Shown piece by piece: positions 54,252-62,931 of a stretch of DNA of 64,000 nucleotides. The position numbers and the translations under genes were made by a program. This DNA is from Minisyncoccota bacterium (GTDB lineage: Bacteria > Patescibacteriota > Minisyncoccia > Phycocordibacterales > UBA2100), in NCBI GenBank assembly GCA_043780835.1, contig JAYWCB010000005.1:22280-86279 (forward strand). The letters are read 5' to 3'. Within the stretch, counting starts at the first letter, position 1. Every line of letters begins with the position of its first letter. The notes beneath the pieces are model-generated. The model was given only the letters and a program-made list of their open reading frames with translations, was not told the DNA's origin and did no database searches.

Positions 54252-54370
54252 TGTCGTGCATCTCCCTGTTGAACCAAGAAAACTATGCCGTAACGGCGCA
54301 GAAAAGCAAAGCCAATTGTACTAGAGTCGAACTCTGGTACATTCCACTGAATCCACGGACTGAGGCGCGT

Positions 54371-54874
54371 CTATTTCTTTGTCTTTGACGGGCGAAGAAC
54401 TGCAAGGGTGTGCTTGGAGCGTTTGCCGGTGAGATGGTCTATGACTTTTGCGATGTTCTTGGTGCGAGTGGATTCTTGTTTGAGGCCGTTGAGATAGCGA
54501 TTGATTTCTTTTTGGCGGCTTGGCGCGAGTGCATTAAATGCGGCAATCGCGCGCGGATCGCGTGCGAGCACTTTTACAAATTCGGGATGGGGCAAGACCG
54601 TGCGGTCGCTCGGATCGTATTCGATCGTGATCGATGCAACATCGTTGTTCTTGAGCTTCGCTGCCTTCAGCATGGGGCCATTAATGTAGAGCCGCCAGTG
54701 ACCCGCAAACTTTACGAGTGTTTGTAGGTACTGCGCACCGTTGATCGTGCCCCTCACGGGGATAGGGCCCGAGCGCTTTTTTGCCTGGTTGAGAATATGA
54801 CCAATCACATCGTCCGGTGGTATAACGCAGGGGTTAATGCCAATCTTAAAAATCACCTGCGAAAACCATTTCAT
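54371..54874 (-). CDS. DUF1905 plus YdeI/OmpD-associated (bacteriocin-protection-like) domain protein
   Basis: PVRGTINGAQYLQTLVKFAGHWRLYINGPMLKAAKL, followed by PEFVKVLARDPRAIAAFNALAPSRQKEINRYL. Confidence 0.65.
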   Translation of the reverse strand: MKWFSQVIFKIGINPCVIPPDDVIGHILNQAKKRSGPIPVRGTINGAQYLQTLVKFAGHWRLYINGPMLKAAKLKNNDVASITIEYDPSDRTVLPHPEFVKVLARDPRAIAAFNALAPSRQKEINRYLNGLKQESTRTKNIAKVIDHLTGKRSKHTLAVLRPSKTKK

Positions 54875-55034
54875 CCGGGTATCCTATCAAAACAAAACGG
54901 CCTGGACGCTGACAGTTCTTTTGTGGGATGTACTGAGGTTGGACCTCAGTACATAGCAAAACGGGAGTAAGGTTCGGCCGGATGTGAAAAAAGGACGGTC
55001 CTTTGGAAAAGGGCCGTCCTTTCGGAATCGCGAA

Positions 55035-55439
55035 ATGGTCGGATTAGGGAGGATTTGGTCGTGCTACCATTTTGTGATGGGATTGGAATTCAGACATGAG
55101 AAACCAAAGCAGCCGACCCCGGAAATGATGCCGGAAAAAGTGGAGAAAATTGCGTCGGCTGCACTCAAAATAAAAGGCGAGTTATATGAGGGTCCGACAC
55201 ATGGTGATGCGTGGAATTCAGCGCTTATGAAGCATCCCGAATTTGATACCGGAAATGATCTTGAAATTGACGAAGGTTTTCTCACTTCACTCGGACGATT
55301 TGTTACCCGGGAAGAGGGTAAGGAAATTGCCGAAAAATCAGCGCAACTCCGAAAGCCCATTCATGACGGGCGAAATTGGCTCGACTCAAATGATGTCGTT
55401 GGTTTGGGCGACACATCGAGCCATTCCTCCACTTTATAG
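55035..55439 (+). CDS. Hypothetical protein; start uncertain (55035 or 55077)
   Basis: The listed 5' extension reads through two hairpins and was trimmed. Confidence 0.35.
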   Translation: MVGLGRIWSCYHFVMGLEFRHEKPKQPTPEMMPEKVEKIASAALKIKGELYEGPTHGDAWNSALMKHPEFDTGNDLEIDEGFLTSLGRFVTREEGKEIAEKSAQLRKPIHDGRNWLDSNDVVGLGDTSSHSSTL

Positions 55440-55703
55440 TAAGAGAATTTGGTGCACGAAAGACATACCTATTAACGGTCCTATAGGATCGTTAATAGGT
55501 AATGATATTTATAGTAGTGTCTGGGAATTTGAAAGCTTCTATTGCGCAGTTGAGGGTGCGTGATATACCGAGTATATGAATCGCAGCGCACTTGTAGTCG
55601 TCCTCCTTCGAAGCCCGTGTGGCGGCCTTCGCTCCTGACGATTCAAAAGAATTGCCCGGAACAAAGCCCGTCACAAGCGGGCTTTGTTCTTTTAAAGGAG
55701 GCG

Positions 55704-55979
55704 ATGATGGAAGAAACGTATCTGCAATTTGTAGACAAGGGTCGATGGGCTATCGGTCGCGTAGTTAATGGAAAGTGGTTACGGCTTGTGCAAGACTCCC
55801 GACTTGATAATCCGGTCGACGCTGAACATGCGTTGCGTGCATGCACGTTGGCTGTGAATCACTCGAATTTCGACGAGTATTTTCCAATCCATCCCGTTCG
55901 CGGTCGGTGTCCGACGCTTGAGTTCTTGGAAATTTTTGCCCGCGTAGGCGAGAAAATCAAAAAAGAGGTTGGCGTGTGA
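55704..55979 (+). CDS. Hypothetical protein (91 aa)
   Basis: SD aaaggagg lies 6 nt upstream. Confidence 0.45.
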   Translation: MMEETYLQFVDKGRWAIGRVVNGKWLRLVQDSRLDNPVDAEHALRACTLAVNHSNFDEYFPIHPVRGRCPTLEFLEIFARVGEKIKKEVGV

Positions 55980-56037
55980 CATAAGAAAGTGGCCGGAATC
56001 GAAAGATTCCGGCCACTATATTTTCCATTCACGGCGC

Positions 56038-56232
56038 TCATGATCGGTGTCTCTTTCTCGATAGTAATGTGAGCGCGACACCGGCTAAGCATACAGATCC
56101 GCCTGCGAACATGCCGATACCGATCGACGCTAATACGCCGACGGTCGTTGATGGATCGATGATCTCGATGGTTTTTGCCGCAGCCGCACTCGTTATCGCG
56201 AGGACAACGACGATCATTTCTGTGTATCTCAT
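56038..56232 (-). CDS. Small two-TM membrane protein
   Basis: Hydrophobic helices. Confidence 0.4.
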   Translation of the reverse strand: MRYTEMIVVVLAITSAAAAKTIEIIDPSTTVGVLASIGIGMFAGGSVCLAGVALTLLSRKRHRS

Positions 56233-56280
56233 GTGAGCTCTCCCAGATGAACCGTTTGCATGCTACTCCTACAGTCCCTA

Positions 56281-56299
56281 AAAGCAAACGGCCCGACGA
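56281..56299 (-). terminator. Hairpin gcccgac-gattt-gtcgggc with a T-run on the minus strand
   Basis: Read directly. Confidence 0.5.
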
Positions 56300-56328
56300 T
56301 TTGTCGGGCCGAAGCGATATGTGTGATT

Positions 56329-56613
56329 TTACGCAGTGAGCTGCGTACTCGTGGAGTTTGAAGCCTCGTATGCCGCCTGACGGCGAACTTCGCGACGATA
56401 CGCAAATGCGTCGAGCGATTCGCGAATCGCCGTTGGAAGCATCATCAGTACAGCGATCAAGAGACCGGTAGCTACAGAGCCTAAGATCACGAGCGAAAGT
56501 GGGGCAGTGAATGTCCACGGAAATACAGCAACGGAAACCGAGGCCGTATTTTGAAGGGCAAAATCGACTGCTACCGCACCCACACAGATGCCTATAATGA
56601 GGAACAAAATCAT
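56329..56613 (-). CDS. LapA/DUF1049-like small membrane protein
   Basis: Two TM helices. FALQNT...VAVFPW pattern. Confidence 0.45.
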   Translation of the reverse strand: MILFLIIGICVGAVAVDFALQNTASVSVAVFPWTFTAPLSLVILGSVATGLLIAVLMMLPTAIRESLDAFAYRREVRRQAAYEASNSTSTQLTA

Positions 56614-56775
56614 AGCTGTTGAATTGACTAGCTGATAAGCCTACTCTTTAGACGTCGCACCGTGTCGATTCTTCCATTGCAAAAATAAGAAAATATTGTC
56701 TAATTTAAACAAAACGACCGCCCAAGGGGACGGTCGAATACGCGTACGCAACAGAACTACAAAAGAACAAAAGGT

Positions 56776-56985
56776 TTACTCAGCAGGTTCAGATGTCTCC
56801 CGTTTCCGGTCGCCCAATATGATCAAAATGATCACGGCGATAAGAAAGAAACCGAACAGCGGTAGCAGCCAGTGCGGACCTATCCCAATCCGCATTGGTA
56901 GTGTTGAGTTAAAAAAGATCTCGAGCAATGCAACTGATATGAGAAATTGGAGTATTGCCGGAGTCTTTTTGATCTCAGAAAGCAT
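56776..56985 (-). CDS. Small membrane protein (69 aa)
   Basis: Hydrophobic helices. Confidence 0.4.
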   Translation of the reverse strand: MLSEIKKTPAILQFLISVALLEIFFNSTLPMRIGIGPHWLLPLFGFFLIAVIILIILGDRKRETSEPAE

Positions 56986-57129
56986 TCGCGCCCCTTTTTC
57001 ATTTCTAGTGAGAGTCGTGGCCCGTGGGGCCGTGGAGTATCCTAACCGATATTGGTGAGGATAAAAGGTATTCGGCCGGTATCGCTGTGGATACCGGCCG
57101 AAAGAAGAACATAGAAGAACGAAGAATAG

Positions 57130-57471
57130 TTAGTTGACGACCGGACGTATATCAGGGTGCTCGATGTGCGCGCGCATATTGAGCTTGATACAGATCCGGG
57201 TCGCACGTGCGCTACTACGGCATTTCATCGCGAGGCGATAGCGTCGTTCTACGAAGTGGCGCGTGGCTTCCTGAACCTCCGCATTGAAGAGCTCGACGAG
57301 AACACTGTTCGACACCCACGAGGTGTCATCTGCAACAAGTTGCTGAACTTCGTGCTTCATTTGGTTGAGCTCAGTAATCGCCTCAGTAATATCTGCACGC
57401 GAACGCATGCGCCGTATCTTTCGCCGAACGCGAAGGAGTCGCTGCTTCGCTGCAATGAGGAGAAGAAACAT
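57130..57471 (-). CDS. Hypothetical basic protein (113 aa)
   Basis: SD aaggat lies 8 nt upstream. The listed 257-aa ORF was trimmed because its N-terminus overlaps the helicase start and promoter. Confidence 0.4.
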   Translation of the reverse strand: MFLLLIAAKQRLLRVRRKIRRMRSRADITEAITELNQMKHEVQQLVADDTSWVSNSVLVELFNAEVQEATRHFVERRYRLAMKCRSSARATRICIKLNMRAHIEHPDIRPVVN

Positions 57472-57561
57472 TCCGAAATCCTTTTTTCCATTTTTACCGT
57501 TGCGTACCTTACCACGCGAAATGCGGCTGACAAGCGGCACGTCCTGGGGATTATCCCGCGG

Positions 57562-57570
57562 TGATATACT
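57562..57570 (+). promoter_or_regulatory. Extended -10 element TGaTATACT, 9 nt before the helicase ATG
   Basis: Read directly. Confidence 0.45.
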
Positions 57571-57579
57571 GTCGCTCTT

Positions 57580-60500
57580 ATGAAAGGCTCCCACAATCAT
57601 CAACAGTTCGCGAAATACTACGCAACGCTCAATGATGCGCAAAAGAAAGCGGTCGATACCATCGAGGGGCCGGTAATGGTAGTCGCCGGTCCCGGTACCG
57701 GTAAAACACATATTCTCACGCTGCGTATTGCCAATATTCTTCAAAAGACCGACACGCCGCCGGACGGCGTACTTGCGCTTACTTTTACTGAAGCGGGGGT
57801 TGATGCAATGAAGCAGCGACTTCTGAAAATGATCGGGCCAACGGCATACAAGGTGGGGATCTATACATTCCATGGATTTTGCAACGACGTTATCCATTCG
57901 CATCCTGAATATTTTCCACGCATCATCAGTTCTGTTGCCCTCACCGACATTGAATCCATTTTATACATTCGCGAGGCACTCACTGAGCTTCCGCTGGAAA
58001 AGCTAAAACCATTCGGGGACCCGTATTTTTATGTGCAATCCGTTAAAAGTGCAATCAGCACGCTCAAGCGAGAGCACAAAACACCGACTGATGTACTTTC
58101 CGCCACCGCATCTCGACTACAAGACATCGCGGGTGATTCGGAATCAGTGCATCAAAAAGGGGCTCACAAGGGTAAGGTAAAAGGTGCGGCGCAAACACAA
58201 ATTGATAGACTCAATAAAGAGCATGAACTCGGACTCGTGTTTGAGTGGTATGAACACAAGCTCACCGCAATGCGCAAATTCGATTTTGACGACATGATCG
58301 GCGAAGTCGTGCGTGCGCTCGAAGCAGACGAAAGTTTTCGGCTTGCGGTACAGGAAAAATATCTTTACATTCTGGCGGACGAACATCAGGACGCAAACGG
58401 ATCTCAAAACAAATTGCTTGAATTATTGAGTTCATACGACACGTCGCCGAACCTTTTTATCGTCGGTGACGAAAAGCAGGCGATATTTCGGTTTCAAGGC
58501 GCATCGCTCGATAGTTTTTCTTATTTCCATACTCAATTCCCGAATGCGGTACTGATTCCGTTGGTAGAGTCGTACCGCTCAGGCTCGGTGCTTTTGGACG
58601 CGGCACATGGCCTTATGCGGGAATCAATTCCTGAAGCGCGTCATCCGAAACTGCAGAGCAAGCTTGCACATCCGCATCTCGCAGTTTTGGAGCAACGGAC
58701 ATTCACGAGCGAAGAACATGAAATCAATTGGGTAGTTTCGGCGGTCGGCCGGAAAATAGCAGAGGGAGTTGCACCGGGAGATATTGCGATTATGTATCGT
58801 ACGAATGCAGATGCCCGGGCAATTTCAAGGTCGTTGTCATTGAACGGTATTCTGCACGCGCTTGATTCAAAAAGCACCATATTTAACGATCACACACTCA
58901 CGCAGCTAGTTACATATCTACGACTCTGCATGCATATCGGAAGTGATGAGTTCATTGCACATGCGCTGCATTTTCCGTTCTCGGGTGTTTCCTCGCATGA
59001 TACGTACAAAGTAATCGTATACGCTCAGAAACGGCGCATCCCATATATCGAGGTGATTACGTCGCGTGAGCATCTGAAAGACGCGCGCGTATACGACGGT
59101 GCTGCAGTCTGCACATTTGGAGATACCGTACTCAGGCTCTCAAAAATGGCACATGAAGAGTCGGCGCGGGATTTCTTCGACCGCCTACTGCATGAAAGCG
59201 GGTTTCTGTCCTACGTGCTCAAACGCACTGACGCCATATCGGTGTTAAATGCGGTGAGAGGTCTCGCTCAAACGCTCGAAACATTAAGTGCTACCAAAAC
59301 ACTTTATACCGGACTCGATTTCGTCCACGATATCGGACTCTACGAGGAATACGGAATCGAAATCGAGCCGGACACACAGCCGAAAGAACGCACGAATGCA
59401 GTGCATCTTGTAACGGCTCATCGTAGTAAAGGTCTTGAATACGAAAACGTGTATATCGTGCATGCGCGGGATGCGCACTGGGGCAATCGACAGTCACGAA
59501 ATAATCTGCCACTCTCCACACTTGCGACGGTGAACGACACGGATATCGAAGATGAGCGACGGCTTTTTTACGTGGCCCTCACGCGGGCAAAGCAATATGT
59601 GTCGGTTTCGTACGGCACCACATCCGCATCGCGCAGTCGCGAAAGCACCATCACGCAGTTTATGATGGAAATTGATCCGGCCTTAGTTACAATATGCGAC
59701 ACACGTGCGTATGAAGATTCGGTTGCGCCATCGGATGCGTTTCGGGTAATGCCGCTGAGATCGGACTCCATGAGCGACGCAGAATTTCTGCGCGACGCGT
59801 TTCTCGAGCAAGGTATTTCTGCAACCGCTCTCAATAATTACTTGGATTGCCCATGGAAATATTTCTATCGCAACCTGGTGCGGGTGCCGGAAAAACCGAC
59901 ATCAAGTTCACTTTACGGAAACGCATTGCACAATGCGCTGCGTTTATTCCGTGACCTGTCGGCTTCCACACGTGTGTTTCAGTCTCTTTCGGTCTTGCTT
60001 GAATTCCTTATGGTATCAATTGATCAACAGGGATTTACTCCGGCCTCGTACAAAGATGCGCACGCAAAGGGTATTCGGGCGCTTACGGATTGGCATACCC
60101 GAAATGCTGCGGACTACGAATTCAATACGATGTGCGAAAAGAAATTCGAAGTGTATTTTCCACTCGCGAGTGCAGTCATTCCGCAGATCCTGCTACGAGG
60201 ACTAATCGATGTTATAGAATTCGGCAGCGACGGCTCCGTTCGCGTGATTGACTACAAAACAGGGAAACATAAAAGCCGCAATGAAATCGAGGGCGGCACG
60301 AAAAACGCAACCGGTGATTACAAACGACAGCTCGACTTCTATTGCATTTTGCTTGAACTCTCTCATATGCAACAACCGTCGAGACTCGATCTGGAATTTA
60401 TAGAGCCTGATGCCGCAGGGAAAACAGTCGTGCACGATTTTGGATATGATGCCGCGGCGATCGAAGAATTGAAAACAACCATCAATCGTGTAGCCGGAGA

Positions 60501-60594
60501 AATCTACGCGTTATCGTTCTGGAATGCAGGTTGCAAAAAAGATGATTGTGAATACTGCGCACTCCATTCACTGACAGAAAAAACGAGTGCATAA
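57580..60594 (+). CDS. UvrD/PcrA-family helicase fused to a C-terminal RecB-family (Cas4/AddB-like) PD-(D/E)XK nuclease domain with a Cys cluster
   Basis: Motif I VVAGPGTGKTHILT. The nuclease region contains IDYKTGK, and Cys residues at CPWKYFY ... CKKDDCEYC. Confidence 0.85.
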   Translation: MKGSHNHQQFAKYYATLNDAQKKAVDTIEGPVMVVAGPGTGKTHILTLRIANILQKTDTPPDGVLALTFTEAGVDAMKQRLLKMIGPTAYKVGIYTFHGFCNDVIHSHPEYFPRIISSVALTDIESILYIREALTELPLEKLKPFGDPYFYVQSVKSAISTLKREHKTPTDVLSATASRLQDIAGDSESVHQKGAHKGKVKGAAQTQIDRLNKEHELGLVFEWYEHKLTAMRKFDFDDMIGEVVRALEADESFRLAVQEKYLYILADEHQDANGSQNKLLELLSSYDTSPNLFIVGDEKQAIFRFQGASLDSFSYFHTQFPNAVLIPLVESYRSGSVLLDAAHGLMRESIPEARHPKLQSKLAHPHLAVLEQRTFTSEEHEINWVVSAVGRKIAEGVAPGDIAIMYRTNADARAISRSLSLNGILHALDSKSTIFNDHTLTQLVTYLRLCMHIGSDEFIAHALHFPFSGVSSHDTYKVIVYAQKRRIPYIEVITSREHLKDARVYDGAAVCTFGDTVLRLSKMAHEESARDFFDRLLHESGFLSYVLKRTDAISVLNAVRGLAQTLETLSATKTLYTGLDFVHDIGLYEEYGIEIEPDTQPKERTNAVHLVTAHRSKGLEYENVYIVHARDAHWGNRQSRNNLPLSTLATVNDTDIEDERRLFYVALTRAKQYVSVSYGTTSASRSRESTITQFMMEIDPALVTICDTRAYEDSVAPSDAFRVMPLRSDSMSDAEFLRDAFLEQGISATALNNYLDCPWKYFYRNLVRVPEKPTSSSLYGNALHNALRLFRDLSASTRVFQSLSVLLEFLMVSIDQQGFTPASYKDAHAKGIRALTDWHTRNAADYEFNTMCEKKFEVYFPLASAVIPQILLRGLIDVIEFGSDGSVRVIDYKTGKHKSRNEIEGGTKNATGDYKRQLDFYCILLELSHMQQPSRLDLEFIEPDAAGKTVVHDFGYDAAAIEELKTTINRVAGEIYALSFWNAGCKKDDCEYCALHSLTEKTSA

Positions 60595-60675
60595 CTAATG
60601 CTTGCGCTCATCGGTATTTCATCATTCAATTGACACAGCGACGCTCCGCGGTGGAGCGAAGAAGGGAGAGAAGCA

Positions 60676-61617
60676 ATGCGGACGCATCTGATGCTATCGG
60701 TCGCCGGACTCCTCTTGTTGACGAGCTCCGCGCCAGCAGAAATGCTTTCGACGACTGATGTCACGGCATATTATAAAGACACGTGGCTTGCAAGTCTTGA
60801 AGAAAAATCGCGCTGTGCGGTTACGCTGCAAGCGCTCGCGACTGACGACATTCTTGTCGCTAAGCGAAACGGCGTCGCGATTGATCAGGCAATGCGCGAA
60901 ACCCGTTGTCTCGACAGCTACTCGTACATTTACGGACGGAGTATTTTGCCGAGCGCGCCGACGGCTACTTTGCTCGATACGCCATCTATAGATGTCGTGG
61001 GATCCTACTTGTTTGTCTATATCAATACATTCGACAACAAGGGCGAGGATCTGCTCGCGAAGATCGAAAAAATCAGTGAGCCGGTACGTGCGTCGGTGAA
61101 AACAGTTGTCATCGATGTGCGGGGTAATCCGGGCGGTCAAATCGATACATTGCGAAAAGTGTTGGATCTGTCGTTTTCTCCGAGAGCGGGGATGCGATTT
61201 CTAGAACTTTCCGGCAAGGCGACATACGGCACGTTTTACACAACGACTCGTACCGGCATATTCGCGGGCCGTGATATTCGAATCCTCACGGATCCGCACA
61301 CGGCATCATCGTCGGAATGGATGATCGAAACGCTGTGCTTTGAGTGGTACCCCGATAAATGCACGACGCTGGGTAATTCCCCGACGTTCGGCAAGTCCTT
61401 GCTGCAATGCATCAATAAGGATGCAAGTCTCGAGGTAAAGCTCACCTGTGGTGAGTGGTACATGGCAGATAAGTATCCGTCCGGGAAAGACCAATCAAAA
61501 CTTCCGCAGCGAATTCAGGGAATCGGCATTACACCCGATAAGCTCATGATCTTTGCGGAGTGCGAACGCTTTGGCTACACGTGCATTGCACGCGAGCTCG
61601 CCGACGCGGGTCTTTGA
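60676..61617 (+). CDS. Secreted S41-family (C-terminal processing) peptidase-like protein, no obvious PDZ domain
   Basis: Signal peptide. VIDVRGNPGGQ and TASSSEW motifs. SD agaagggagag. Confidence 0.55.
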   Translation: MRTHLMLSVAGLLLLTSSAPAEMLSTTDVTAYYKDTWLASLEEKSRCAVTLQALATDDILVAKRNGVAIDQAMRETRCLDSYSYIYGRSILPSAPTATLLDTPSIDVVGSYLFVYINTFDNKGEDLLAKIEKISEPVRASVKTVVIDVRGNPGGQIDTLRKVLDLSFSPRAGMRFLELSGKATYGTFYTTTRTGIFAGRDIRILTDPHTASSSEWMIETLCFEWYPDKCTTLGNSPTFGKSLLQCINKDASLEVKLTCGEWYMADKYPSGKDQSKLPQRIQGIGITPDKLMIFAECERFGYTCIARELADAGL

Positions 61618-61679
61618 TCCTTTCAATAATTGCAAAACGCCGGGCTCGTAGTCCGGCGTTTTTGTTGCCCGTGAATGAA

Positions 61680-62180
61680 TTAGCGGGCGCGCACTTTGAG
61701 ACGGGTTTGGCGTTTCTTGTTGATCTTTGGAAGACGGATCATGAGCACACCGTGTTTTTCGGATGCCTCTGCCATGTCCACATCGACTTCTTCGGGAAGC
61801 AGAATAGTGCGGGTGAATGAGCCCCAGTAGAGCTCGCGTTGATAGTAGGCATCTTCCTCAACTTCTTTGTCGTCGGCGCGCGATCCGGAAATCGTGAGCA
61901 TTTCACGAGTGAGTGCGATATCGATGGTTGAGGGCTGCACTCCAGCAATGAGCGCTTTCACCACGATAGCGTCGTTGGTTTGATACACGTCTACCGCGAG
62001 TTCACCGCCCGGATCAGCATCATGGGTATCGCGATCGGCTTCGGATGCATTGAAATTGAGATGTCGCTCGGCACCTTTACCTTCTGGCTGTGCGCGTTCT
62101 GCCGGTTGATCGAAATACTCGTCGTACTCATTGTCGGCGGTTCCGGTGAGCTTGGAGAAAAAAGAAGGTTTTTTAATCAT
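61680..62180 (-). CDS. Hsp20/alpha-crystallin small heat-shock protein
   Basis: Alpha-crystallin domain with the IRLPK-type C-terminus. Confidence 0.85.
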   Translation of the reverse strand: MIKKPSFFSKLTGTADNEYDEYFDQPAERAQPEGKGAERHLNFNASEADRDTHDADPGGELAVDVYQTNDAIVVKALIAGVQPSTIDIALTREMLTISGSRADDKEVEEDAYYQRELYWGSFTRTILLPEEVDVDMAEASEKHGVLMIRLPKINKKRQTRLKVRAR

Positions 62181-62204
62181 GATCGTGTAATAAGAATAAA
62201 ACTG

Positions 62205-62927
62205 TCATCGCCACCTCGGGTGGATTCGTTTAATGTATTCAAGCACCGCGAGCAGCGCGATAACTCCAAGCCAGACAAAAGAAAATGTGCGGAACAAAGA
62301 CTCTTCCGCTGTGTTCAGTATAAAAAAGTTAAAGGCACTGTGCAAAAGGCACGCGAGGATAACTCCGTAGAGCATGTAGCGGCGCTTGATGCGTTTGGAG
62401 GCATAAAACGAGAGGGCGAGTGCGACGCCGATAACGGCAGAGGAGAGAACGTGTAAGAGCGTGGCCCCAATAAAGCGCAGATTGCCCGTGATGAATGTCT
62501 GCACGAAGGTGTCGCCTCCGAGAGGTGAAAGCAAAAAGAGTGTGTTTTCCGCTGCAGCAAAGCCGAGTGCAACTGCCACCATGTAGATGACCGAATCGAT
62601 CGGTTCGTCGTTTTCGCGTCGCTTCAACACCGTGATGCGGGCGGCAAAAAATTTCATGAGCTCCTCAATAAACGACCACGCGGTGAACACGAGTGTTTGC
62701 CCCGTGAGGAAAAATCCGGGCATGGTGAAGTCCATTATCAGTGGCTGTACGAATCGCTCGATGGGTATGACGACGGCGACCGTTACCATGCCCGATAAAA
62801 AGGCGAGTGCTATCAAGCGCCGTGGCTCCGGATGCAGCGCGTCTTCGCGCCGCCAAAACCACAGCCACGCGAGCGCGGGCAATATACCGCCGGCTACGGC
62901 TGCGGCAATTCCTTGAAGCCCGGACAT
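62205..62927 (-). CDS. PrsW-family-like intramembrane protease
   Basis: Polytopic, with FIEELMKFF (EExxK), AENTLF and a conserved His in LLHVL. The start was trimmed to MSGLQG. Confidence 0.45.
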   Translation of the reverse strand: MSGLQGIAAAVAGGILPALAWLWFWRREDALHPEPRRLIALAFLSGMVTVAVVIPIERFVQPLIMDFTMPGFFLTGQTLVFTAWSFIEELMKFFAARITVLKRRENDEPIDSVIYMVAVALGFAAAENTLFLLSPLGGDTFVQTFITGNLRFIGATLLHVLSSAVIGVALALSFYASKRIKRRYMLYGVILACLLHSAFNFFILNTAEESLFRTFSFVWLGVIALLAVLEYIKRIHPRWR

Positions 62928-62931
62928 GTGC

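Noticed and set aside
55859-56518. 219-aa minus-strand ORF
   Set aside because: It overlaps three better-supported small genes and an SD-preceded plus-strand gene. It has no coherent features.
57472-57903. N-terminal 144 aa of the listed 257-aa minus-strand ORF
   Set aside because: It overlaps the UvrD-helicase start and its extended -10 promoter. It was trimmed to the Met preceded by AAGGAT.
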